Assembly: GCA_951406725.2 (NCBI GenBank)
Contig: OX597824.1
Span: 82,894,001 to 82,958,000 of the forward strand
Source of the DNA: Octopus vulgaris
Taxonomy: Eukaryota
Direction of reading: 5' to 3'
DNA length: 64,000 bases
A program made the position numbers and the translations under genes. The first letter of the stretch is position 1. Every line of letters starts with the position of its first letter. The notes below the pieces were generated by a model that was given only the letters and a program-made list of their open reading frames with translations, made no database searches and was not told the DNA's origin. Below are positions 38,491-51,214 of this stretch, piece after piece.

Positions 38491-38951
38491 CAGCAAAATC
38501 AAGGAACGGCCATAATAGGCCATTCACCCACTAGAAATAACAGCCAAAGCTTCAACCGCAAAACAACATCAATTCCGCAAACCAGGAGAAAATTAAAAAA
38601 ACATTTACCCTGTAGTTCCTTATACGATGCACCGTTTCATCTATTCTTTAATGGCAAACCAACCTGATTAAATTAAATCAAGCTAGTCTTCCATAGGCCG
38701 ATAGATTCGTCAGTAAAGAACAGCCAGATCGGAGCAGATATTTACACGAGGCACTTCTATCACTGTCTCGGCAATATCTGACCTAAAATTTTCAAATCAT
38801 CGCACTCTCATCGCACGTATAAGGAACTACAGGGTAAATGTTTTTTTAATTTTCTCCTGGTTTGCGGAATTGATGTTGTTTTGCGGTTGAAGCTTTGGCT
38901 GTTATTTCTAGTGGGTGAATGTCCTATCATGGCCGTTCCTTGATTTTGCTG
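38491..38951. mobile_element. element with ~140-bp near-perfect inverted arms, in (TA)n
   Basis: 38491-38630 is the reverse complement of 38813-38951 with few mismatches; spacer ~182 bp. Confidence 0.88.
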
Positions 38952-39032
<81 letters not shown>

Positions 39033-39074
39033 TGTATGTATGTATTTATGTATGTATGTATGTATGTATGTATA

Positions 39075-39500
39075 CAGTAAATCCTCGAGTATAGTCCGCC
39101 CTTGAGTATAATACGCAGGGGATTTTTAAGGGGCTGTACCTCTGAAAAACCTAAACCTCGTGTATAATACGCACCTCTTCTCTAACTTGTGTCAAGGAGG
39201 TCTATATGTAACATCCTTGGTTTGTAAAAATGTATACTGTAACGAATTTATTATTGTTTTTTAATCTTTGGCATCTGTTTAATTTCATCTATATTTCTTC
39301 TCCATGACCTGACATTGCTTTCGTCAACATCAAATTTTCTTCTGGCGGCCCTATTACCATTCTCTTCAGCATATGGTATAACTTCAAGTTTAAACATAGC
39401 TAAATAAGATCTACGAGGCATTTTAAGGGCATGTAATCTATAAAATGTTTTATTGGAGATTAAATGTACAGGTTTAAATCCTGCTTATAAAAAAACCCTA
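39075..39500 (-). mobile_element. pogo/Tigger-like deletion derivative
   Basis: TA|CAGTAAATCCTCGAGTATA terminus; carries the N-terminus of the transposase. Confidence 0.78.
39251..39421 (-). pseudogene. 56-aa Brinker-type DNA-binding domain of a pogo transposase
   Basis: MPRRSYLAMFKLEVIPYAEENGNRAARRKFDVDESNVRSWRRNIDEIKQMPKIKKQ*; too short to appear in the ORF track. Confidence 0.78.
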
Positions 39501-40136
39501 GTAAAGACCCACAGTAGTTCAAACATTTAATACTGATATTTAATTAAGTATCTATTACTTGCCACGGTAATGATGCAAACTGCCAATGCAAACAGCAGGA
39601 TGAACTATTTAGCGCTATGTATACGTTCACGCACACACATGCATACATACACACTTGCGGGCACACACACATATACACCTTCCACATAAATACAAGTATA
39701 CAATCACTCTTTTTTTCTATCTCACTTCTCTCCCTCCTTCCTCTTTCTCTCCTTCTCACTTACACACGCGCGCACGCGCACACACTTCCTCTATCTCCTC
39801 ATATATACACTCACATACTAATAATATGCAACAGCGTACACTCACACTTACACACGCACATATATATACACACACACACAGACACACCTATTTACTGCGT
39901 AATCTGCGCATTAATTTTTTTTCCACGGTGGATTGGCCGACTCTGATAAGCGTCGGACGGTGCCTATGCTATTTTAATGGCGACCCCTTGAGACACGAGT
40001 TCAAATCATACCCCTTTATTTCTCTGTGTGTGACGGGGGTACATAGTATCAATGAAATACTGGGGTAGATTTATATTCGTATAAAGCAACCAAGAAACGA
40101 AAAGACCTATTTAATTAACTGAAAGTTTCGCACAGC

Positions 40137-40192
<56 letters not shown>

Positions 40193-40352
40193 ATGATAAA
40201 TATCAGAGTTAGTTATATACAGTAGCGGTAACACATCGTGACGTATTTTTGCCATTTCAATATGGCTAACCCCTAAGGGTGGATGCTACTGTAGTTTTTA
40301 GCCCCAGGAGGACACACTCCTCCAGCTGGCCATAGACACACTTTCTGTGTCC

Positions 40353-40452
40353 NNNNNNNNNNNNNNNNNNNNNNNNNNNNNNNNNNNNNNNNNNNNNNNN
40401 NNNNNNNNNNNNNNNNNNNNNNNNNNNNNNNNNNNNNNNNNNNNNNNNNNNN
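40353..40452. other. assembly gap (100 N)
   Basis: Run of N. Confidence 0.99.
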
Positions 40453-40888
40453 TCATCATCATCATCATCATCATCATCAGGATCAGTATCATCATCATCA
40501 TTATTACTTGAGGAAAACTCTCAGCTTATTTTGCGGAGTATGATGGTAAGTATCATCTGTCCACAGCCAGCAGACTAAGGTGACACTTGTTTACTGATCA
40601 TATTTCAAGAACCCTGCGGAGAACTCCCTGAATAAGGTTTGTTTAAGGATGTTGAACGAAACACCCATGTCTCCAAAGGTAAATTATTCAAACCCCAAAG
40701 AATTCCTCTGAACATATGGTTATGATGCTCCCCCACTACTTCTGCTCGTTATCAGAGACGCACATATCGTCAGCCACTAAGGGACATGCTCAACTGGTTA
40801 TGGTCAAACAACTGACAAGTAAATCTGTGGTATTGAGCAGAATATTTGCTGGAACTCCCGTTGTCGTACCTGACGGAGTGCTTATATA

Positions 40889-41456
40889 TTGAGTCGTACG
40901 GAAAGTTCCTGCTGATTTATAGTAGCTTACCTTTCGACTTGTTTTAGAACATGGTTGAGTCCATAAAATAGGATTTGACTACCCTTCCATTTAGAGCACA
41001 GTTTAAGCTATCTTTTCCAGGAAGAAGGTTTATGTTCATATAACCTGTGTTAATTCTGTAACCCTTTAAAATGGAAGATAAGAAAGTTCATTTTCGGCAC
41101 TTGATGCTTTGGGAACCAGACAAATATTGCTGCAGCTCGGCTGGGATGTGTTACCCCACCCTCCATATTCACCAGATATTGCTCCTTCAGATTTCCACTT
41201 ATTCAGGTCTCTGCAGAATAGTCTTAATGGTAAAAATTTCAATTCTTTGGATGACGTAAAAAGATACCTTGATGAATTCTTTGCCATGAAACCACTTCTC
41301 AATTCTGGGAAGAGGGTATTTTCGAGTTAAACGAAAGATGGAGACGCATTGTGCAACAAAATGGTTCATATAAGGTTGATTAAAAATGTAATGGCAAGTA
41401 TTTATCGACCATTTTCTTTCCTTTAAAAATCGGCACGAACTTTCCGGACAACCGAA
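40889..41456 (+). mobile_element. internally deleted mariner transposon
   Basis: TA-flanked ~30-bp imperfect TIRs; N-terminus MEDKKVHFRHLMLW fused to C-terminus LGWDVLPHPPYSPDIAPSDFHLFRSL. Confidence 0.92.
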
Positions 41457-41664
41457 TATATTATAATATCAGAAGCTTGTCAGCAAGGAAACCAGTCCAC
41501 ACAGCATCATGGTACGATGTAATATATATATAGTGCGTGTGTTTTTATTGGCTAAACTGGCAATATGACCATTCCGAAATATAACAATATATATATATAT
41601 ATATATATATATGCCTACGTAGTAGATACAGGAACTTACCAATTCTACCTGTTTCTCCGCAGAC

Positions 41665-42324
41665 CAGTGGATCTCAATCATGTTTTCCCTATGAACCCCT
41701 TTGATTACCATTTTCTTGGATGGACCCTGATAGCCATTTGATGCTTTAAAAAATCCCATTATATTTTTATAATTAAATGTTATGAGAAACTGTATTTAAA
41801 AAATTACTAAAATATTTCGTGCATTACTATTTTTGTCTTTTACTTGTTTCAGTCATTTGACTGTGGCCATGCTGGAGCAACGCCTTTAGTCGAGCAAGTC
41901 GACCCCAGGACTTATTCTTTGTAAGCCTAGTACTTATTCTTTCGGTTTCTTTTACAGAACCGCTAAGTTACGAGGAATAAACACACCACCATCGGTTGTC
42001 AAGCGATGTTGGGGGACAAACAAAGACACACAAACATAGACACACAAACATACATATATACGACGGGCTTCTTTCAGTTTCCGTCTACCAAATCCACTTA
42101 CAAGGCTTTGGTCGGCCCGAGGCTAAAGTAGAAAAAAACTTGCCCAGGGTGCCACGCAGTTGGACTGAACCCGGAACCATGTGGTTGGTAAGTAAGGCAC
42201 TTACTACACAGCCACTCCTGTGCCTGTATTGTAGAATTATAACCAATTTATTGCGGATAAATTTTAACAACAAACTCTTATATAGACCCTCAAGGTTTTT
42301 ATGGAGCACAGTTGAGAAACACTG
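41665..42324. mobile_element. hAT/Charlie-like MITE containing a family A SINE (41837-42225, minus)
   Basis: Ends CAGTGGATCTCAA and TTGAGAAACACTG; a related left end CAGGGGTTCTCAACC is at ~21913. Confidence 0.7.
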
Positions 42325-42352
42325 CCATAGAATGAAAAAAAAAAAAAAGTCA

Positions 42353-42510
42353 CAGGAGTGGCTGTGTAGTAAGTAGCTTGGTAACGAACCATATGGTTCC
42401 GGGTTCAGTCCCACTGCGTGATACCTTGGGCAAGTGTCTTCTGCTATTACATCGGGCCGACCAAAGCCTTGTGAGTGGATTTGGTAGACGGAAACTGAAA
42501 GAAGCCCGTC

Positions 42511-42572
<62 letters not shown>

Positions 42573-43039
42573 CGGGAAGGTTTATGAAAATAGACAAAAG
42601 ACGAAGGCAGGTTTACGAAAATAAACAAAAGACGAAGGCAGGTGGAGTACAAACAAATAATGTATTAGTATGGCGCTCAGGAATAGAAATAAACCAAGTC
42701 TTTTACGTTTCGAGCCTACGCTCTTCGACAGAAAGATACACAGAAAAGAAACAAGGAGAGAAACAAGGAGAGAGATATAATTGCGTGTAGGGGCTAACGA
42801 TTCAACATGGCGTTCTATCTATCTATCTATATCTATATATATATATATATATACTTTATAATTAGGGTTCAGCAAATATTTGCTTCACCACATACTGAAG
42901 TTTAGAAATAGCAGTCAAAAAATCTTAGCTATTCCTTCTACTTTAAAAGTATTACTTAAGCTTACCATGAAATGGTCTTTTTCATGCCGAATTCTACTTG
43001 GTGAAATTACTGATTACTTCTTAATTAATTAATTTAACC

Positions 43040-43108
<69 letters not shown>

Positions 43109-43345
43109 TGTATGTATGTATGTGTGTGTATATGTTTGTGTGTCTGTGTTTGTCCCCCCCAATATCGTTTGACAACCGATGCTGGTGTGTTTAGGGAACT
43201 TACCGGTTTGGCGCCACAGACCGATAGAATAAGTACTAGGCTTACAAAGAATAAGTCCTGGGGTCGATTTGCTCGACTAAAGGCGGTGCTCCAGCATGGC
43301 CACAGTCAAATGACTGAGACAAGTAAAAGAATAAAAGAGTAAAGA
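42353..43345 (+). mobile_element. SINE family A with two inserts in its (TA)n tract
   Basis: Head 42353-42512, tail 43125-43345; inserts at 42571-42812 and ~42855-43041. Confidence 0.85.
42571..42812 (-). mobile_element. Penelope-like terminal-repeat fragment with a variant minimal hammerhead
   Basis: Minus strand 42736-42699 reads TCTTT CTGTCGA A GAGC GTAG GCTC GAAAC GTA AAAGA; same boundaries as 52493-52703. Confidence 0.7.
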
Positions 43346-43597
43346 GAGCCTTAATGAATTTTCGACCCTTATTGAGATCTCATCACTTGACTGACCCCAG
43401 AGAAACAAGCAGCCATTTTATTTATATTACACATCAAATCTGGGAATCGAAACCGGAGCTAGTAATCTGGATACCATTAGTGGTTAAAACTATATTTAAT
43501 TGTGGGGAGCCTGTCACCGGGGATCTCAGTTCATACAGAATCAAGATGTGATATTGAAAAAGACAAGGATGGTGGGTGGGGCTGATTGATCAAAGGT

Positions 43598-43955
43598 CCT
43601 TCCAGAGCCATAGGCTCATAAGGTTCTCGGATTCTGTGGGGTATATATTCCTCCACTGGTAGGGTATTGATCCATCGCAGGATTACTCATTTCTGTCAGT
43701 CAGGTTGACTAACGCAATGCGAAATGAAGTGTTTTGCTCAAGAACAGCACAACGCATCACCCGGTCCAGGAATCGAAACTACAATCTTGCGATCGTGAGT
43801 GCAAGACCCTAACCACTAAGCCATTTGCCTCCACTTGAGTGGACAGGAGCAACGTGAAATGAAATGTCTTGGTCGAGAATACAACGCATCACCCGGGTCA
43901 GGAATCGAAACCACAATCTTACGATCATGAATCTAATACTAAGCCACTCGCCTCC
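43598..43955 (-). mobile_element. SINE family E (CORE-like) plus a partial second head
   Basis: TGGCTTAGTGG A box, GTTTCGATTCC B box, TTCTTGAGCAAAACACTT CORE-like segment; tail related to family D. Confidence 0.75.
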
Positions 43956-44101
43956 TCATCAAGGCGTGATATACAAACACGTCAAAATTTACGCATTTTT
44001 CCAAACACCCCTAATGGATCTGCGTTGGTTTCGACGATGAGTATTCAGTCGTTCGGTCAACTGAACCACCTACTCACAGAATCACTATGTAATTGGATGA
44101 G

Positions 44102-44476
44102 CGTGGAGGCCCAGTGGCCCAGTGGTTAGGGCAGCGGACTCGCAGTCGTAAGATCGCGGTTTCGATTCCCAGACCGGGCGTTGTGAGCGTTTATTGAGCG
44201 AAAACACCTAAAGCTTCACGAGGCTCCGGCAGGGGGTGGTGGCAAACCCTACTGTACTCCTTCACCACAACTTTCTCTCTTCTTTCTTCCTGTTTTCTGT
44301 TGTACCCGTATTTCAAAGGGACCAGCCTTGTCACGCTGAATCTCCCCCGAGAACTACGTTAAGGGTACACGCGTCTGTGGAGGGCTCAGCCACTTATACG
44401 TTAATTTCAAAAGCAGGTTGTTTCGTTGATCGGATCAACTGGAACCCTCGTCGTCGTAACCGACGGAGTGCCACAT
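44102..44476 (+). mobile_element. SINE family C inserted into an older antisense C relic
   Basis: TSD ATTGGATGAG (44092-44101, 44477-44486). Confidence 0.92.
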
Positions 44477-44701
44477 ATTGGATGAGTATTCCGCGGACAT
44501 GAGTACCCTTAAAAAAACAGCCTGGCAGAATCATTGTTTGACGTTTAAGCTAACGACAGACGGAATCAAATTAGGCAGGCTTCTGTACAGTTTCCCTCTG
44601 TGCAGCTCCGCTCACGAGGTGTTGAACCGACCCGAGGACATAGTACGTGAAAATTACCCACGATTCCACACCACGCAGTGGGATCGAACCTGCGTCTTAG
44701 T

Positions 44702-45076
44702 TGATGGAAGCACTCCGTCGGTTACGACGACGAGGGTTCCGGTTGATCCGATCAACAGAACACCCTGCTCGTGAAATTAACGTGTAAGTGGCTGAGCACT
44801 CCACAGACACGTGTACCCTTAACGTAGTTCTCGGGGATATTTAGCGTGACAAGGCCGGCCCTTTGAAATACAGGTACAACAGAAACAAGAAGTAAGAGTG
44901 AGATAAAATTGTGTTGAAAGAGTACAGCAGGGATCACCACCACCCACTGCCGGAGCCTCGTGGTGCTTTAGGTGTTTTCGCTCAATAAACACTCACAACG
45001 CCCGGTCTGGGAATCGAAACCGCGATCCTACGACCGCGAGTCCGCTGCCCTAACCACTGGGCCATTGCGCCTCCAC
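44702..45076 (-). mobile_element. SINE family C, full length
   Basis: TSD CTGCGTCTTAGT (44690-44701, 45077-45088). Confidence 0.93.
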
Positions 45077-45359
45077 CTGCGTCTTAGTAATTATGAAGTG
45101 AACATATACATCACCCACGTGCAATTAGATACATCCAAATAATACAAATATACACATACATACATATAAAGTAGCGTATAAACACACACACACACACGCA
45201 TGTGTCTCTCTCTCTATATATATATATATATGTATGCACATGTATGTATGTATGTATGTATGTACACAAAGTATACACTTTGTAATGTAAGCTTTTTGTT
45301 CTATTTTTATCGCAATAACAAAAACTACAACAAACAGTCCTATTTCTGATCCACCGTCG

Positions 45360-45407
45360 TCATCCCCACTACCATCATCATCATCGTCGTCATCATCATC
45401 ATCATCG

Positions 45408-45446
<39 letters not shown>

Positions 45447-45508
45447 TTATCATCATCATCATCATCATCATCATCATAATCGTCATCATCATCATCATAA
45501 TCGTCATG

Positions 45509-45546
<38 letters not shown>

Positions 45547-45575
45547 AATCGTCATCATCATCATCATCATAATCG

Positions 45576-45621
<46 letters not shown>

Positions 45622-45680
45622 AATCGTCATCATCATCATCATCATCATCGTCATCATCATCATCATCATCATCATCATCG

Positions 45681-45771
<91 letters not shown>

Positions 45772-45800
45772 AATCGTCATCATCATCATCATCATCATCG

Positions 45801-45848
<48 letters not shown>

Positions 45849-45850
45849 CC
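45360..45850. repeat. (CAT)n microsatellite
   Basis: About 490 bp; source of the poly-M and poly-I ORFs. Confidence 0.97.
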
Positions 45851-45971
45851 ACTGCGTTCGTTGTCGTTGTCGTCATCATCCTCTTACACAACAGAGCATG
45901 TACATGAACAAGTGTGTGTCAGTGTGCGTATGTGTGTGTTTGTATAAGCTTGTGTGTTCATATATGCGTCT

Positions 45972-46018
<47 letters not shown>

Positions 46019-46073
46019 GGAGAGAGAGGGGGAGAGAGTAAGAGAGAGTATATATGCATGTATATACATAAAA

Positions 46074-46121
<48 letters not shown>

Positions 46122-46225
46122 GCACGCACAAATATACAAATACACACACACATGCATACATACATACATACATACATACATACATACATACATACATACA
46201 TACATAAATACATATGTACATATTT

Positions 46226-46289
<64 letters not shown>

Positions 46290-46494
46290 ATGTGTGTGTG
46301 TGTGTGAGAGAGAGAGAAAGAGAGAGTACGTCTTCTGGTGCTCAAAATTGGAAATTCTGTGGTCTGCGCCACCTGGCGGACTTTGAAACGTTGATAATCA
46401 GAACATGAAGAGAAAGATGAAAGAGATGGTGTGAGGTGAAGAGGAGAGATGAGTGGTGGGGAAGATACAAAAATAGCAATGATGGCTTGAGAAA

Positions 46495-46534
<40 letters not shown>

Positions 46535-47366
46535 AACAACTAGAAGCTGATAGAGAAACAATTAGCAGAGAGATTGTGGTGAGAATAAAGGGAGATAATG
46601 GAAGAGAAAGATGGGGAATGAGAAATATTAGAGCTATAGAGAGTAGGTTGAGAGATTGAGTATGAAGGAGTATGAAAGAGAGGGAGTGTGTGTGAGAGAG
46701 AGAGCGAGAAAGAGAGAGAGTGTATGTGTGTGACAGAGAGAGAGACGGACAGAAGGAGAACTTCGGATAGAAGAACAGAAAAGAGAGAGAGAGAGGCGAG
46801 ATAAGAAAGAGACAAGACAAAGAGGGAAAAAAAAGTCAGTCAGAGTGAGTGAGGTAAATATATCATGAGAGATTGAGATAGACATGGAGAAGAGAGAAAG
46901 ACACATAAACGAACAGGAGATAGATAGACAGAGATTGAGAGAGAGAGAGAGAGAGAGAGAGTGGTGAGCGAGAGCGCGAAACAGGAACGAGTCGAGACGA
47001 GACTAAGAGAAAAGAGACAGAGAGAGAGAAAGAGTAAGAGTAAGACAAATAGACGGAGAGTGAGATAGATAGACAGAGAAAACACAGAAGGGATCGAGGT
47101 AGACAGACTGAAAAGCAAAAAAAAAAAAAAATTGACTGAAGCAGACGGACGAAGAGGCAGACAAGACGGACGGAGACTAAGGAAGCAAAGTGAGATCAAT
47201 GAAGTGTGTCAATGGTTAAAGACAGCGACGGGGGGTGGGGAGAGGGTGATAAATATGAGGTCAAGGCTCCGGTGAGTCATTATAAAGTGGACACTAGAGA
47301 CGAACAACAAGTTAGGCCAGCGGTCAACAGTTTTATTGGTTAGTCTCCCCCCTCGCTTTCGCACAA

Positions 47367-47409
<43 letters not shown>

Positions 47410-47712
47410 CGTGTGTGCGTATGTGTGTCACACATATATACGTATATATATTTATATATATATATATGTGTGTGTGTGTATATATATATGTGTGTGTGCA
47501 TGTGTGAGTGTGTGTGTATATGTATGTGTGTGTATATATATATATACGTGTATGCGTATGTGTGTCACACATATATACGTATATATATATATATATGTGT
47601 GTGTGTGTATGTGTATATATATATGTGTATGTGTATGTGTGAGTGTGTGTGTATATGTATGTGTGTGTATATATATATATATATGTGTGTGTGTGTATAT
47701 ATATATATATAT

Positions 47713-48129
47713 ACTCTTACTCTTTTACTCTTTTACTTGTTTCAGTCATTTGACTGCGGCCATGCTGGAGCACCGCCTTTAATCGAGTAACTCGACCCCG
47801 GGACTTATTCTTTTGTAAGCCCAGTACTTATTCTATCGGTCTCTTTTGCCGAACCGCTAAGTAACGGGACATAAACACACCAGCATCGGTTGTCAAGCAA
47901 TGCTAGGGGGACAAACACAGACACACAAACACACACATACATATATATATATATATACATATATACGACAGGCTTCTTTCAGTTTCCGTCTACCAAATCC
48001 ACTCACAAGGCATTGGTCGGCCCGGGGCTATAGCAGAAGACACTTGCCCAAGATGCCACGCAGTAGGACTGAACCCGAAACCATGTGGTTGGTTAGCAAG
48101 CTACTTACCACACAGCCACTCCTGCGCCT
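47713..48129 (-). mobile_element. SINE family A, full length
   Basis: Complete and close to consensus. Confidence 0.94.
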
Positions 48130-48879
48130 ATATATATGTGCATGTATATGTGAGTGTGTGTGTATATGTATGTATGTGTGTGTGTATATATATATGTGTG
48201 TGTATATATATATGTGTGTGTGTATGTGTGAGTGTATGTATGCGTGTGTATATATATATGTGTGTGTATATATATGTGTGTGTGTATATATATATATGTG
48301 TGTGTGTATGTATGTGTGTGTATGTGTGTGTGTGTAAAGCTACACTTAGTTACCGTTGAAGACAGCGCCAGTGTGACGGCTGCAGGTGTTCCGGTCATTG
48401 TGTGTGCATATATTAGTAGATAGATATGCTCACACACACACACACATACACACATACACACACTCACACACACACATATACATATATGCTGAAAACATAT
48501 AAATACACAAGCAAACGGAACACAAGACTCGGGTCACCAAATCGTCACCAGTTTCGGCCAGAGGGTCAAACGCAAGTTCGCATTTTACATGTGTGTGTGT
48601 GTAGAATGAACTAAGCGGAGTAGGAGGACACACGAAGACAAAAAGTGTCGCTGAAGAGGTCACAGATGTTTGACGGAAGATTTCCATACAACGGACATGA
48701 GCTAGAAGAACAATAATAAACGATTGAAGAACAAATATATAGTGCGTGTGTTTATTGGGCAAAAAAATGACCGCCCCAAAATACAACAATATCTGTTTCA
48801 ACATACGGTTTCACATCAGGGATCTTGCAACAAATTTATAAACGTATATATATATATCTTTATCTTCTATCTTTTTTTT

Positions 48880-49075
48880 ATCTTTTACTTGTTTCAGTCA
48901 TTTGACTGCGGCCATGCTGGCGCACCGCCTTTAGTCGAGCAAATCGACCCCGGGACTTATTCTTTGTAAGCCCAGTACTTATTCTATCGGTCTCTTTTGC
49001 CGAACCGCTAAGTGATGGGGACGCCAAACACACCACCATCGGTTGTCAAGCAATGCTAGGGGGACAAACACACAA

Positions 49076-49124
<49 letters not shown>

Positions 49125-49937
49125 CGACAGGCTTCTTTCAGTTTCCGTCTACCAAATCCACTCACAAGCCATTGGTCGGACCCGGGGCTATAGCAGAAGA
49201 CACTTGCCCAAGATGCCACGCAGTGGGACTGAACCCGGAACCATGTGGTTGGTTAGCAAGCTACTTATATATTTGTTTAACAATAAAGAGAAAAAAAACA
49301 TATCTGAAACAGCTGTAACGACCCTCAGCCTATTTGTGTCTTTACACACACATATACATACACCCCACACACACACATAGGTGAGCACATAAGTGTAAAA
49401 CAAGATGGAAATAAATAACATTCGAATACCAAAGGTAGATAATACCTTTCTATATTTAAGAGATGAGGAATTATGTACATTATTTATTAGAGTGTTTGTG
49501 AAATCGAAAAGAAAGAATAAGGCGCAGGAGTGACTGTGTGGTAAGTAGCTTGCTAACCAACCACATGGTTCCGGGTTCAGTCCCACTGCGTGGCATCTTG
49601 GCCAAGTGTCTTCTGCTATAGCCCCGGGCCGACCAATGCCTTGTGAGTGGATTTGGTAGACGGAAACTGAAAGAAGCCTGTCGTATATATGTATATATAT
49701 ATAAGTGTGTGTATATGTTTGTGTGTCTGTGTTTGTCCCCCTAGCATTGCTTGACAACCGATGCTGGTGTGTTTACGTCCCCGTTACTTAGCGGTTCGAC
49801 AAAAGAGACCGATAGAATAAGTACTGGGCTTACAAAGAATAAGTCCCGGGGTCGATTTGCTCGACTAAAGGTGGTGCTCCAGCATGGCCGCAGTCAAATG
49901 ACTGAAACAAGTAAAAGAGTAAAAGAGTAAAGAGAGT
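48880..49937. mobile_element. head-to-head pair of family A SINEs
   Basis: 48880-49266 on the minus strand and 49520-49937 on the plus strand, same subfamily. Confidence 0.93.
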
Positions 49938-50230
49938 ATATATGACAGGTTGACTGGCTGGATATCGATAGATAGAATCAGAGGATAGATGTGTTAAAAC
50001 CAAATACTAAATAGGATGTGTATTGGTATAATGCGTTCTTCGGGCCTTTTATTTTTATCACTCTCCCATTTTTCTACTTCCGCCCCGTACATATCACACA
50101 ACTGGAGAATGAGCAATATTATCTCTGAACAACTGCTGGAATATTTCGTAACAAAGGACTGAAAAATTACGCTTCTGTTATGGTCTTTGATTATATTATC
50201 GAGTGAGCACAATATTTATGCTGAATATAC

Positions 50231-50614
50231 GTGGAGGCGCAATGGCCCAGTGGTTAGGGCAGCGGACTCGCGGTCGTAGGATCGCGGTTTCGATTCCCAG
50301 ACCGGGCGTTGTGAGTGTTTATTGAGCGAAAACACCTAAAGCTCCACGAGGCTCCTGCAGGGATGGTGGTGATTCCTGCTGTACTCTTTCACCACAACTT
50401 TCTCTCACTCTTACTTCCTGTTTCTGTTGTACCTGTATTTCAAGGGGCCGGCCTTGTCACTCTCTGTGTCACGCTGAATATCCCCGAGAACTACGTTAAG
50501 GGTACACGTGTCTGTGGAGTGCTCAGCCACTTACACGTTAATTTCACGAGCAGGCTGTTCCGTTGATCGGATCAACCGGAACCCTCGTCGTCGTAACCGA
50601 CGGATGCTTCCATC
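50231..50614 (+). mobile_element. SINE family C, full length
   Basis: 14-bp TSD TATGCTGAATATAC (50217-50230, 50615-50628). Confidence 0.94.
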
Positions 50615-50783
50615 TATGCTGAATATACTATCTTTCGTGCGTGAGTGTAAAAGTTACGATTTAAAAAATGGTAAACGAAAATAGGCTAACTGATTAGAGT
50701 AAACACATAAGAATGCATGAAATATTTGATTGAATTTCTTTGAGATATCTTGTTTTGTTTCTTTTAACCATATTTAAACATTA

Positions 50784-51214
50784 GGATCTTTTCGGTTTGA
50801 ACGGCAGTTTTTTCTAGCGGTGTATTATGAAATTGTCACCCATAATTATGACCCTAGAATCGATCTATTGCATTTTAATCTCTTTTAGGGTTAGGGTTAG
50901 GGTTAAGGGTTAGGGGTGGGGGGAAGGGTATCTTTTTTTCTTCAGAAATGTAAATAAACCCAATCTGTTTCTTAAACGAGGGACATATTCATACGGCACA
51001 GAATGCTTTTTAACTCAATAGACGTCACTGATTGGTTGAAATTGCAGAAATTGAAGAAAAAAAAACAACAAATGTCTTACAAACTATAGAATTTTCTCAA
51101 TAAAGCCAAGAGAAAAAGATGTTTTATAAACACATTCTACCAGTATACGAAGTTTAAAATTTTTTAGTTACCTAGAAATTATGTTAAAAATTGTCGTTCA
51201 AACCGAAAAGATCC
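50784..51214. mobile_element. MITE with internal TTAGGG repeats (copy 2)
   Basis: GGATCTTTTCGGTTTGAACG TIRs; 8-bp TSD AAACATTA (50776-50783, 51215-51222). Confidence 0.92.

Noticed and set aside
40240-40880. Continuity of the sequence across the 100-N gap
   Set aside because: The true gap size is unknown and I could not assign the flanks to a family with confidence.
49885-49925. Family A tail CAGTCAAATGACTGAAACAAGTA as a hammerhead half (stem II, GAAAC, GUA)
   Set aside because: There is no CUGANGA core or stem I upstream; I treat it as a LINE-type 3' stem-loop.
50231-50310. tRNA-like sequences with A and B boxes in the heads of families A-E
   Set aside because: No proper acceptor stem or cloverleaf; they are fused to SINE bodies and many are flanked by TSDs.
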